Shown here piece by piece: positions 51,656 to 64,000 of a DNA stretch of 64,000 bases. The notes under the pieces are model-generated. The model saw only the letters and a program-made list of their open reading frames with translations. It made no database searches and had not been told where the DNA came from. The DNA is from Laetmonice hystrix. Taxonomy: Eukaryota. Location of the stretch: NCBI GenBank assembly GCA_965235115.1, contig OZ249439.1, positions 24,490,001-24,554,000 of the forward strand. The letters run 5' to 3'. Position numbers and translations under genes: made by a program. Each line of letters opens with the position of its first letter. Within the stretch, counting starts at the first letter, position 1.

Positions 51656-52670
51656 ATATTAGTATGCTATAAATTATGTCAGTATGAGGTAAGACATTTT
51701 GTACATGTATATAGAAAACGCCATGTTGTGTTTTTAAATTTTATTGTCTCATGCCATTACTGCAGTGGCAGCTAATGTCAACTGGAAATGACTTTAAACA
51801 ATCATTCCGAATTGCGTTCTGCGAAACGTCAGGCTGGTCTCACGATTTCCAATTAACTTTTATTATGAGTGTCATAATAGAGTGAAATACTTTCCCCTGA
51901 ATTTTTTAATCATGGCGAGTTTTCAATCCAACTAACAAATTATATGCTCTTAATAATCGCTCTTCCATTTCCCCTCGACACAGCTTTATTCAACACGTTA
52001 GCACAATACCGGTAGGTAGGATGAAGTGTGGCTAAAACTCTGGCAGTTGACTGAGATGGATGGCGTTTTAATGAACTCTGATAGACCGAATCAAATCCCT
52101 ATCGATCAGCGTGAAAACAACCCTCTGACAAGTTGGTAAAAGCTCATGGAATCAACAGCTTCCCTCGCTGAGTGACATACACATCGTGCCAACATTAGCA
52201 CGGGCCCGTCCTCTGTCGTCTTAGACAAGAATAATTAGTTTTCCCAAAGCCTCTGAAATACATACCCATACATAGTGATGTAGCTGAATATTTCATTCCG
52301 TATTTATCTACGGATGGAAGGTAATCCTCTCTCTAGACTACAGTCACTAAAACACTGAATTAATGATGAAAACACAAATTAAATTTTCAAGATATAGGAA
52401 CGTTCACTGGCGCAGCATATACTGTCTGTCTCACTAATTCTCTCGGTTATACCTATAATATAAGACAGAATTAAACATTCTTTCTCTTTCATTATGCACA
52501 CTAAACTCAGCTCTGCCAACCTATTCTGTGGCGATTAAGCAATAATAGAAGAGGTCTTTTTTGTGGAAGGAACTCCTTTATCCGATGTAACAACCTGCCT
52601 GTGCTCAGACATCTTTAGGTCCATGCAATTCTAAACAGGCACAGACTGTGTGATGAAAATCGCCCGTTAA

Positions 52671-53178
52671 AGGGGCATGCTATGGGACACGTTTTGGAGG
52701 ATTTCCGGCAATTATCCAACATGACCGTGTACTAGGGATCCAAGTAAATAATCCTACCACAGCATTTTGTCCTCCGACGTGGTTTCCCTGCGTATGCAGC
52801 ACAAGTAGGTTCTATACGACCAAACGCATAGATTTCTCCCGATAGCACATCTCCCGCCATAATCAACCCGTGTAATCGCGTACTGCGTCACATCCTGCGT
52901 GTGCACTCTCTGCATGTGCTTAGTCAGTGCTTCGCTTAGATGTAAACAACTCAGCAGTTGCACTCGATCGTCCGGCATCAGAATGCCACCCAATAAATAT
53001 TTTACGAAATCGGCAGAGAAGCGGGCAAGGGAGCTTCATAAACTTCGATTTCTCACGCAAAATGAAACTGATAAGTCTGTCTTTGTTTACCAAGCAATTT
53101 TAATGAAGGATCTCTTTATGAAAACAGCAAAAGTTCTTTGAAATACCGATTTTTCACGTTTTCTCATAATATGCCCCT
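52671..53178. mobile_element. Non-autonomous TIR element flanked by TTAA (Kolobok-like), about 510 bp
   Basis: TTAA|AGGGGCATGCTATGGGACACGT ... ACGTTTTCTCATAATATGCCCCT|TTAA, with imperfect ~22-bp TIRs. Confidence 0.7.
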
Positions 53179-54283
53179 TTAAGGTGGCAACCTTGTAACC
53201 ATTGGCAACCAATTCAAAGACGTATAGATGATCTACCTGTGGACAACAGAGCCCACCGAACGTTAAAATTGATCAAATTCTATTCTTACGGCTACTCAAC
53301 GGGTTTTACCCGTAAAACGTTACGGACCCTTTCAGTCAGATTTGTATACCTCCTCTGTATACCTCCTGGTTGGGGTGGGGTAAACCCAGAAGGGCCATAG
53401 TCAAGAGGACAAACGGGACAGGGGGAAGGGACAGCGAATTTTGCTCATTTGGTTAGGAGCCAAGCTTCCCGCGCCTATTTTTATAGTTGCGCCAGTGTAT
53501 GCAAAAAGAACACATAGTTATAGCAAAAGGTTTTTTCACGGTTCTGTTGATGCCTATTTAACAACTGTTCCTCTGAAAAACATCAAAAGCTTCTCTCTTA
53601 CTGCAGGTAAATGTTAACCGCATTTGGCGGCCGGTCTGAATTCATTTAACTCCCCCTAAAGAGCTTGTAATAGGGACGGGAATCATTAAAGGGGAATGTT
53701 AATCCTACAGATATAGTTGACACTTCACTGAGCCACCAACAACTAATTAATAGAAGAAGAATATAAACATCTCAACCAATCCTTTGACCTCATACCTTCA
53801 GTGCTAATCCTAAGAAACCATGTCTGGCGGGTTTCCGACCCATTTTTTTTCTACAGTATAATTTGTGAAAAAAAACCAACGATATATGCACCAATGGATT
53901 TCCACGAATACCTGTTTACCTGTCGGCAACGTTTGGAACTAACTGTACGTAACCACTTCCTTTTCCTTTGATATCTCCTTAAAAGCAAGTGCGCAATTCC
54001 GAAAAAAAACCTCAGCGAAGTTTTTTGCCCCTCCCCCCCTAACCACCACCACTTGGGAATCACTCTTAAAGATCTCACATTCAGACAGATCCTGTCTGGG
54101 TACTTCTCAGAATCTCAGCAAACCTATACCCGTCTAACACTTGACTCAGTGCCAGACTCGGCTCATGGCGTCTGTCATATCTGTAAGGACCGATCATTGC
54201 CGAGTAGTGTCAGTGGCAAAAACTCGGATCGTCTAACCAGACTCATCTACATCCCGCGCCTGTGTTGGTACGGTGTGTCTCTA

Positions 54284-55291
54284 GGTATTGGATGTAACAG
54301 GTCTGTCATTCCTGATATGTAAACACACAACTAGCCACTGTCTCTGAGCTGGGCCCAGGGGTTTGAGCCCGGTCTGTACTATAGTTAGAGGCTGAGGTAT
54401 TGGGTGTAACAGGTCTGTCATTCCTGATATGTAAACACACAACTAGCCACTGTCTCTGAGCTGGGCCCAGGGGGTTGAGCCCGGTCTGTACTATAGTTAG
54501 AGGCTGAGGTATTGGGTGTAACAGGTCTGTCATTCCTGATATGTAAACACACAACTAGCCACTGTCTCTGAGCTGGGCCCAGGGGGTTGAGCCCGGTCTG
54601 TACTATAGTTAGAGGCTGAGGTATTGGGTGTAACAGGTCTGTCATTCCTGATATGTAAACACACAACTAGCCACTGTCTCTGAGCTGGGCCCAGGGGTTT
54701 GAGCCCGGTCTGTACTATAGTTAGAGGCTGAGGTATTGGGTGTAACAGGTCTGTCATTCCTGATATGTAAACACACAACTAGCCACTGTCTCTGAGCTGG
54801 GCCCAGGGGTTTGAGCCCGGTCTGTACTATAGTTAGAGGCTGAGGTATTGGGTGTAACAGGTCTGTCATTCCTGATATGTAAACACACAACTAGCCACTG
54901 TCTCTGAGCTGGGTCCAGGGGTTTGAGCCCGGTCTGTACTATAGTTAGAGGCTGAGGTATTGGGTGTATAAGGTCTGTCATTCCTGATATGTAAACACAC
55001 AACTAGCCACTGTCTCTGAGCTGGGCCCAGGGGTTTGAGCCCGGTCTGTACTATAGTTAGAGGCTGAGGTATTGGGTGTAACAGGTCTGTCATTCCTGAT
55101 ATGTAAACACACAACTAGCCACTGTCTCTGAGCTGGGCCCAGGGGGTTGAGCCCGGTCTGTATTATAGTTAGAGGCTGAGGTATTGGGTGTAACAGGTCT
55201 GTCATTCCTGATATGTAAACACACAACTAGCCACTGTCTCTGAGCTGGGCCCAGGGGTTTGAGCCCGGTCTGTACTATAGTTAGAGGCTGA
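54284..55291. repeat. Satellite-like array, 9 x 112 bp, nearly identical copies
   Basis: The period of 112 is confirmed by the ORF starts stepping by 112. Only a few substitutions separate the units. Confidence 0.98.
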
Positions 55292-55425
55292 CCACTGGGT
55301 TAGTGTACCTATCGGAGTCCTCCGCTGTGTGAACCGTACGGTCGGGGGTACGGTTTATAAACACACAACTACCGGTCTGTACTACAGGCTGACCACTGGG
55401 TTAGTGTACGGTCGGGGGTACGGGT

Positions 55426-55572
55426 GGAGTGAAGGCGGGGTGAGGGTGGGGTGATGGCGGGGTGATGGTGGGGTGAGGGTGGGGTGAGGGCGGGGTGAGG
55501 GCGGGGTGAGGGCGGGGTGAGGGTGGGGTGAAGGCGGGGTGAGGGTGTGGTGGGGTGGTGATGGTGGGGTGA
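55426..55572. repeat. G-rich minisatellite, about 13 x 11 bp (GGGGTGAGGGY)
   Basis: Regular G3/G4 runs separated by 1-3 nt. Confidence 0.9.
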
Positions 55573-58500
55573 AGAAGACAGGGAGACAGGGAATACTCGC
55601 CGTGTTTTAAGAACCAAGCCCATCGCCCGGAGATTTCACGTCGATGTGGGTGTGAGCCAGTCGCCTCACTTTGTGTATGTCTGAAGGTATGTTTGTCGGT
55701 CCGGGGGTAAAGTCGACACGGACTGGGTCCTGGCTCCAGTACCCGTGCACTCCGGGAACAGGGCAACTAGAGCATCACATGCACCCTTTCAATTCAGCCC
55801 CCTCTAATCGTTTTTTATTTCGTTTTTTTGAGGTCGAACTTGTACATTGCGTCTGACATTTAAAACGAACTTGACAAACTTGAGATAGTGATACAGAGTA
55901 GGGAATCAATAGACCTACTGAATTCCCTTTAAAAAGAAATGGCGGTGAACGACGTCTATATATACTATTACATAAGTAAAATGTTCCACCTTTCCACATA
56001 CATGTGTATAGTGTCCCACCGGGTCTTTCCGTCAATTACCTCCGTATATTAAATCTCTTGTATCGAGTTATCTCGATGGGTACTCAAGTGTCCCACTGGG
56101 ACACTGGTACACCTGTTAATCCCAGTATACCCCTAAATCCCTTAATAGTCGCCATGGGTCCTACCAATTACACTACCCCCATTCTGGAGAGAACGGTTCG
56201 TAGCACTGGGGTGGGCGCCCTTCGTCGTTCTCAAAATACGATGTCCCGGAAGGGCTCCGTTTAACCTTCGGTTTCTTGGGTTGACGGGCGGAGGGCCAAT
56301 CCGGTCAGGTCTCCGAGGACCGGCGCCGCCGGTAACTGACAAAATGTCGGCCGTTATCGGCACTGTCCGCTCGTTATCGGACCACCAAGGGGCTTTGTTT
56401 CGTTCACTTCAGGACCTACTGGGACTCCGCTGGGTCGATTGGTTGGGTTGAGCTGGGCGGGGAGGGGGAGGGAGAGAGGGGTAGCTGAACTCATAGAGGC
56501 GTTGAAGGACCCTCTGATCTCGCCGGGATGCCAGACGCCAGGGGTAGATAGATTATGGGAGTTGTGAGAGAGGGGTGGGATGGTCAGCCACACATGGAGG
56601 GTGAATTTATTTCGGGTTCTCTGCAACCCCTCTGTAGCTCAGTCAGGATTCAGGGGGGGGGGCATGTCACTAATCTGGGGCGCTCCTCCAGGTCCCATAG
56701 AAGGCCAATGAAAGGGAGAGGGACCAGGCCCCCCTCCCTTCTCACTGTTTCACACCTTTCGTGAAGGACAAGAACCAAACAAAAAATAAAATGGATAATA
56801 AATTATGTTTGTGTGCCGTTATTGAAATCGCCCTTTTTTCGATGCAAACACATGGGTCTAAATCTGGGACGAACTCTGATGATATTCGTTATAACTAAAG
56901 CGAACGACGGCCCCGTGCCCCCTCCCTCTCATCTGAATCAAAATACCACTGTCAACGCCCACCTAAACATTTATTATGTCCAGCCTGTATGTTGTGGCTG
57001 GCGGCTGGCTGGTTTCATGATTAAGATACCAGTCCACTGATTTTATGTGTCAAATACCATCTGAATGAGAGCATGGCATGACATTCAGTCGACAAATCGG
57101 TCTGAGCTGTGAGAATACCTGTGGGCAACCACCGCATACCGTGGCCGCATCACGCTTCCACAAATAATACACGTTTTCTTCCTTCAGCTGTTAAAGCCCG
57201 CGGCGTACACGTGCCGACTGCCCCCAACTTAGAAATCCATGCGTGTGTGCCGGGCGATACAAAAGGCGATTTCGCCCGGCATGTACTTAAATTTGGGACC
57301 GAGACCGATACAATGATGCTATACCCTTCGTATACTCTGTCCAGGTGAGGCCTGTTTGGCTGTGTAATATTCCTAACGTATCGGTAATGCCGTTACTCAG
57401 TGAACCGACCTATACCAACACACCCAATGCTTGCCTTACACGGTCAGTCAGTCAGTCAGTCAGTCAGAGAGGTAAAGCAAACACCGATTACCTCTTTCTT
57501 ATTTCAATGACTCCAAAATACCGACATGGGCTGTGGGGTTAGAAAAGTCATAAAGGCTCTGCTCCACGGAGGCGATTGTCCTTGCGACGTCCATGCGTTC
57601 CGGACGTCACCCTTTTATTCTACTGTGATTTTGAGATTAAAGGATGGATTAAATTCCAGAAACATGGAAGGCTAGCCAGGAAAAGTAACACAGTTGGTGT
57701 TTGCATTAAAGTGCCGCTGTTCACTGCTGGTCAATAAATAAAGTTGAAACGTCATGCGACCGTTTCCTTGGCTGTGAAACATAATCGACTTTGCTCACTT
57801 TATAGACACTACATACGAAGTGTAAACTTAACAATCAGTCTTGGTTGGTTTATTTCTCTGCCCTTAATGCTGTCGACTAGAGAGTAGATGGTGAGGGATG
57901 GGATCTATGTCTTCTATGACACCTCTATAGAACAGTTAGGATTTTTTCTGGCACTTTCGATCCAGTGGTCAGACTGATCACAGCCAGTGACCTATCGATG
58001 GTAAAACCATTGTCACTAATGACATCAGTCCCAAAATCTACTGTTCAATAGTGTCCTTGAATACTATTTAAGATTCCTTTAAGCCACCTCAAATAGATGC
58101 CAAAGCCATGCAGATAGCATGAAGAAACCCATTTCATTGTATTAATGAATTGTTACAAGGAAAATTAGCATTTTGAGGTCTTAATCAGCATGAGCCGAGT
58201 AGAATTAGTGATGACAACGTGACAATCAGTGCTTTGGTGTGGTGCGACCTTTTTTCTTTTCTAGCTGCTATGAAAAAAGTGGTTTCCATGTCATTTGTTG
58301 GCATTTGTGTCTCAGTATTACATGCTTACCTGGCAGAGCCTGACTGCGTGACTGCATAGACGTTCTTCAATGTATAGGAAACATCGACTAACCTTGTTAC
58401 GTATAGGATGCAAAGAACGCAACACTAGCGGTAACACTGCTGTAGATTATTTCTATCTTAACCTAAACAAGCATGTAAACTTAAGTAATAGGTCAAGATT

Positions 58501-61500
58501 AAACGCAGGGGCTGATGCAGCGAAAAATGTCTCCAATGCGAAAAATCCCAAATCCCAATAGAACAAAAAATGTTTCAAAATCTCTGGTTGGGGCATTTTT
58601 CGTACACTGGATACGAAAAATTTTGTTCGTGGAACATTTTTCGTCCGGCAGTTGCAATGGAAATGTCCTAAGGACATCTACAGATAGATGCATAGTTACT
58701 CTTAAACTTGATTAGGAAGTCCTATATGAGCTTCATTTGTCACTATGTTCGATGACGTAACGTGACGTATAGGATCCTATGACGTCACGAGTATGTTTAT
58801 AGGGCTAAATCTTTAAAACGGGGAACGTTGTTACTATTAATGTTAAAAAGGAACCCATATACGATCTTTCATTTCCCACAATATACCATGAGGTATCAAG
58901 ACGTAACGAGGTCAAATAGCTATCTCCGAAAATATGAGACATCATAAGTGTACTATTACTATTGAACTTAAATGGGACATCAGTTATGTCATATTTTCCT
59001 AGGTATAGCCATTTGACCTAATTACGTCTTGATACGTCATGGCATATTGCGGCAGAAAAGCCCGATGAACGCTGTGGACTTCTTGTGACCATGTGTCTCT
59101 GTTGTTGTGGGGTATATAGAGCACACCTCCGAAAACAGTCCCCAACGAATGCAGTACCAGAGATCGACAAAACAAGGACACGTGATTTGCCTGGGAACAC
59201 TGCTGACAATTACATCATCATAAATAGTGGCAGAACAGCTTCTAGTTTGCAGAAACAATTGTAAAATAACCGTGTACGAAACAGCAAACTGAAATGAGAG
59301 CAAGCTACAAGCTTCATCAAAATGCTACATATACACAAACCCCTATGATGTCTTAACGCCCCCCTTAAAGATACACAAACCTAATCTAATTTTCCTCTGA
59401 CATTTCTCCTGGAAGCTGAAGGATGTTCCTTAACGCAGAGACCTTTTGATCATTGACACTATTTTACCTCAGTAAGTCCCCAGGTCTAACGGAATTCCAT
59501 TCGCTACGAATGAACTTGTTTTATTTACACTCTCCTCCGAGCTGCGTATAGATCTAGTGCATGATGGGAGATTATTTTGTCAGCTTGTCGAAAACCAGGC
59601 AGCTTGTGAATCTATGAACCAGGTGGGCCGATGGAGGAGGGGGTATTCTATACTGTAGTACAGTGAACCTTCGAACCCTAGTGGTGCATGCCTCAAAACG
59701 AGGCTTCCATGCAATATAGGCGGGTCAGAACTGACCAATCACATTGCAGTATTCTGCTCAAGCAAATAATAAAGTTGGATGCGTTTTGGCAACCTTAATT
59801 TGTTGCAACCCTTCTCAAGTAGGCCCCTACCAGTCCAGAATCAATGGGGCTTTAACTTTTATTATCCCACCCTCGTGCCACAGGTGTCACAGTAGAAAAA
59901 TGATCTCTTCGTTCTAAATTTAGTAAGAAACCTAGATGGACGAATCTGGGGACATAATGTCACCGGACAAATGTTCCCGGACAAAATGTCACTGGGAAGA
60001 AGTCCTCTGAGAAAATATCAGTAATCTTTGGCCTGGAGAAAATGTCACATATTGTCCATGTTTTAACGGTTTTGTTAAGAAGGTCAGCAACTGTTGCCAT
60101 TTGTGTAAAATATCGCATTCTATGCAGTTATCGGCAATCGGTCAGAGGTTGTTTTAGAATGCAGTGGAGAGTGAATCCCTGAATATCAACCCATTACAAT
60201 TGCTAATAGTATGCCTTTCTTAAATCTGCAATCAAATGGCTCAAACTGTGCTAAGTTTTCTGTTTCTTTGATCAGGGTTTCCTTCATTATTCAGTCTACC
60301 GATGCATGCCGGGTACGTGGCAAGCCCCGATTTCATGTAGAATGATGTTAACCATAGATTTTGTCTACACAGAGAAAACATGCAGTTCAGGGCACACTAT
60401 TGCAATATCATTACAGCGATTTGTATGGGTTAGTTTCTCCTATTCAGTGCTTTGTTTCCTGATGAACTCTCCCTTTTTCTGACTCGTTAAGGCGCCAAGA
60501 TACGCTTCAAATGCATCATGGCTTCAACAGAAACAATTGTTTGATTTAAAGGGGGTTATTGTTACAGTAGTCCTACTTCATGATTATAACAGATCTTGCC
60601 TTACGTTCTGCTCGGTATCTTTACCGCAATCAGCCCAGCAATCATATTTCAATCTCCAGTCATATATAGTTTGACATTTCCAGACCATTTTGACGTCAGA
60701 CAGGTGGCTACAGGTCATGGCGCAGTCTGTAGTATAACTCCGGGTCGGGCATTGCCCTCCTGCTCGGAGCATTCTTTGGAAACGTCGTTTGGCTGCTTGT
60801 ATAGCCTGCAACTCCTGTGGTTATCCCACATCAAAGCGGGGCGGCTCAGCGGCCTTGGCTCTGGGGATCAGACGACGTCACGCTGACACGGTGCTATCAT
60901 ACAAAATACAGGAAATGCTTTCCTTCGCTAGGCACAACCTCCAATTAGAGCACGTCCAAAATACTAATCCCGTCAGCTAAGCTGGAAAATGACAGAAATC
61001 TGTCTGACACTGTTCCGTTTCTGCAGGCATGAATACGAAAGAAGCGAGACTATAATTCTGCGCAGAGGATTGTGCTACAGCATGGAACATAGCGTTCACA
61101 GCATGGCCGTGCCACTTCCCGCTAACATGTATATCATGCTCTGTTTACATGTTCTTCGTGTCCTGTCTCTATTCCAAGTTTACAACCTGGTCCTCTTAAA
61201 AAAGGTGTTTTTTCTTGCGGCAAACCTGGCGACAGTTTCTCTTGCATGCACATTTCGAATCTGCTGGTTACCAATAACGCAATTACGTCAAGCTTTCAGA
61301 GAAAATTTATATTTATGTCACTGCGCGTCTGTACCTCACAGGAACCCCCTTTTTTATTGTACCGGAGTAAAGTGTACCAATGAATATTTTATTCCCCACA
61401 TAATTATTATGTTTTATTCACCCACCCGGAAAAATAAAAAATGGCAGTTCTGGGTTCTGAAATCAATCTAATTAATTCACCATACTGAAACGTCTACATT

Positions 61501-61949
61501 GCGTTTGAAAAAAAGGCACCTTATATTTTATTTATGAAACATCCTGGATGACTGTGCACTCTTGAAATATTGGCACATATACATACGAGTTATTAGCATA
61601 GACACTGCACATCACAAATGAGTCACCGAACTATTTGTGTGTGGTCGGCCCGACCACACACACCAAAGGAAGAAAATGCGACGCATCGATGACTTTTTGT
61701 CAAAACAACTGACTTTTATTGGCGAGCAAAGTCTAAACCGTATATCCTTCGCGTATAGTGTATCCACCTACTTATCGTTAGGCAAAATAAAACGACAATC
61801 ATGTATTTATAACTTTAGACCTAGCTTCTATATGGAGTAGTTTACAGCTGTCTAATGAAATGATGTATGCAGAGAGCCAGATGATCCCAGGTTAGTTACA
61901 TGGGATGTGTCTTGGTTTTCATCTCAAACTTTACCAGTGTCACATACCT

Positions 61950-62034
61950 GGCCAGTTGCATGACTGTCCGTTTGTTAAAATTCCCATTGAAAATACATGG
62001 GGAAATTAACGAACGGACAGTCATGCAACTGGCC
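61950..62034. mobile_element. 85-bp GGCC-ended hairpin MITE (Harbinger-like)
   Basis: CCT|GGCCAGTTGCATGACTGTCCGTTTGTTAA...TTAACGAACGGACAGTCATGCAACTGGCC|CCT. The arms are near-perfect for about 29 bp and the 3-bp flanks are identical. Confidence 0.8.
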
Positions 62035-62498
62035 CCTGCCAACATTTGGTCAACTCAATGAGGAATCTTCATAAAAAAGGAAAGACATTCCCTTTAATAA
62101 CTTTGTTTTAATAATTAAATTTCTTTCTTATTCGTCTGTCAATCTATATCTTTGTCGTTCTTTTTCTCTCTCTTTGAACCAACCTTACATGCCCCCCCCC
62201 CAACATGGTAGCGCCCAGAAATCTTTTGCTGGGGAATATGTGCTTTGAACGGGAAACTCAACGTCCATTGAGGGAGAATGTATTTGTAAATTGTGTGATT
62301 CCGTAATATTTTGAGAAAAAATGCGGAGTGCGGAATACATAATTCGAATGCAGAAAGAGTCTCCAGAATGCGGAGGGGTTGGCAGGTATGGACTCTCTGT
62401 TTCCACATCTTTGTGTCTGGTTACCCTATCCCATTCCAATGTGATCTGTGTCAGATTACCCATATCCTATGATGTTGGTGTCAGTTCAACGAAACACC

Positions 62499-62850
62499 AT
62501 GTCTGGTTAGCTATATCCCATGCCGTGTGTGTCTGGCCACCCATATCCCGTGTCTGGTTACCCATATATCCCATGCCGTGTGTGTCTGGCCACCCATATC
62601 CCGTGTCTGGTTACCCATAATATCCCATGCCGTGTGCGTCTGGCCACCCATATCCCGTGTCTGGTTACCCCATTCGGTGTGTCTGGTTACCCATATCCCG
62701 TGTCTGGTTACCCATACATCCCATGCCGTGTGTGTCTGGCCACCCATATCCCGTGTCTGGTTACCCATACATCCCATGCCGTGTGTGTCTGGCCACCCAT
62801 ATCCCGTGTCTGGTTACCCATATATCCCATTCGGTGTGTCTGGTTCCCCG
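62499..62850. repeat. Compound minisatellite with a ~53-bp higher-order unit
   Basis: A 30-bp subunit (TATCCCATGCCGTGTGTGTCTGGCCACCCA) alternates with a 21-bp subunit (TATCCCGTGTCTGGTTACCCA). The TGCCGTG spacings are 53, 54, 96 and 53. Confidence 0.92.
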
Positions 62851-64000
62851 ATACCTCACTCAAGCTGCAGGTCCGATCACCACCACGATAACCAGAACAC
62901 AATAGCAATTCCTGGGGCCAGTAAAAACCAGTAGTTTCCATTCCACGCCGCGATTACGGCTTTATGTCTGATTAACATGTAAGCGACCCATCATTCGGCG
63001 TCAGTGAAGACAGCACGTAGCCGGCGGTGAGACAACAACTTGTGTGGCATGTTCGACACGCATCACATGCACTGATTTCTCTCTCCAAGCATCAAGCCCA
63101 CCAAGGTTTCAGGCACAATGTCTGCATCTTATATCAATGCGTGGTATAGGGGTTGATTGAAACAAATCATTCTATCTTCCATACAATAAAGGGTTCGTTT
63201 TGAACAAAACGGCGCAAGCCTCCTTCACTTTGCTTTTGAATGCACGGCATAAATGATCTTTTTAATTTAAAAAAAAAACTCTTCGACATGGTCCTCCATA
63301 AAATATTAACCGCCGGGTCTAACAATAAACAAATACGATTCATTAGCCGTGAAGCTTTCTATCAGGACAGCCCCCACACACAAACAGACGGATTGTGTGT
63401 TTACTTTCCTAATTCATCAGTAGCGTCAGGCGCGTTATTTGGCCCGGAATGACCAAAGATGGCTAAGGTCAGGGGTCAACGCTTGGACCAATGGACGCTG
63501 GGTCCGGGGTCCGGTAGGGGTCGCCCCAGTGGCGTTCACCTCGGCAGCCGTCTGCAGACTGCGGCACAATTCTACTTCATGAATGTATACATAAATCCTC
63601 TTATTGGCCACAAATAGATCATCAAAATGTAAATCACTGACACGGCCTGTCCGATCGGCTGGATTTCCATTTCCCATTACATCGGTGGGTGTCTGGGGAA
63701 GACGGGGGGGGGGGGGGCTGGCCATGGGGCAATACGGCAGACTATAGCGGCGGCGGGACAGGATGGGGGAGGGGGTACCTGTCCCTCTTCTCTCCACACT
63801 CCCCTAGCCGGTCATGATATAAAAAAATCCAACTTAAATCCTCCCTCCAACCCTGGAAGGGCAAACCATGGATTCATAACTGAAGGTTGAGAAACGTTGG
63901 TGGTGGGGTGAGATGGGAGGGGGTGAGATGGAGCGTCTAATAACCCCTGCCAGCAGACTCCCTCAGTGATACACGCCAGACACCCCCACCTCTCCCATCC

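Noticed and set aside
54306-55226. Seven near-identical 82-aa ORFs as a tandem gene family
   Set aside because: Each 249-nt ORF spans more than two 112-bp units and overlaps the next in a shifted frame, so they are an artefact of the repeat.
58323-58345. U1 snRNA-like 5' end (CTTACCTGGCAG)
   Set aside because: Similarity stops after about 12 nt with no U1 stem-loops or Sm site. It is more simply a minus-strand CAG|GTAAGC donor-like motif.
60584-60811. Cys/Trp-rich 75-aa ORF as an exon (minus strand)
   Set aside because: The acceptor lacks a pyrimidine tract and I recognise no domain pattern.

Overview
This is eukaryotic (metazoan) genomic DNA, probably from an invertebrate; that is inferred from the repeat types and a SINE core, not verified. 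I could not identify any protein-coding gene, RNA gene or CRISPR array with confidence. The long ORFs in the track (up to 923 aa) lie inside tandem repeats and look like by-products of stop-free repeat units. The window is dominated by at least 11 unrelated minisatellite arrays with units of 11-112 bp, the largest being about 67 x 38 bp. It also holds several MITEs (GGCC-ended Harbinger-like hairpins with 3-bp flanks, and TTAA-flanked Kolobok-like elements), an internally deleted Tc1/mariner element that keeps a transposase C-terminal remnant, SINE-core fragments, microsatellites and a 146-N assembly gap. A few isolated splice-site-bounded segments are low-confidence candidate exons, mostly on the minus strand. 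I found no well-supported novel biological system; the most interesting signals are the internal architecture of the arrays and their association with splice-like and transcription-factor-like motifs.
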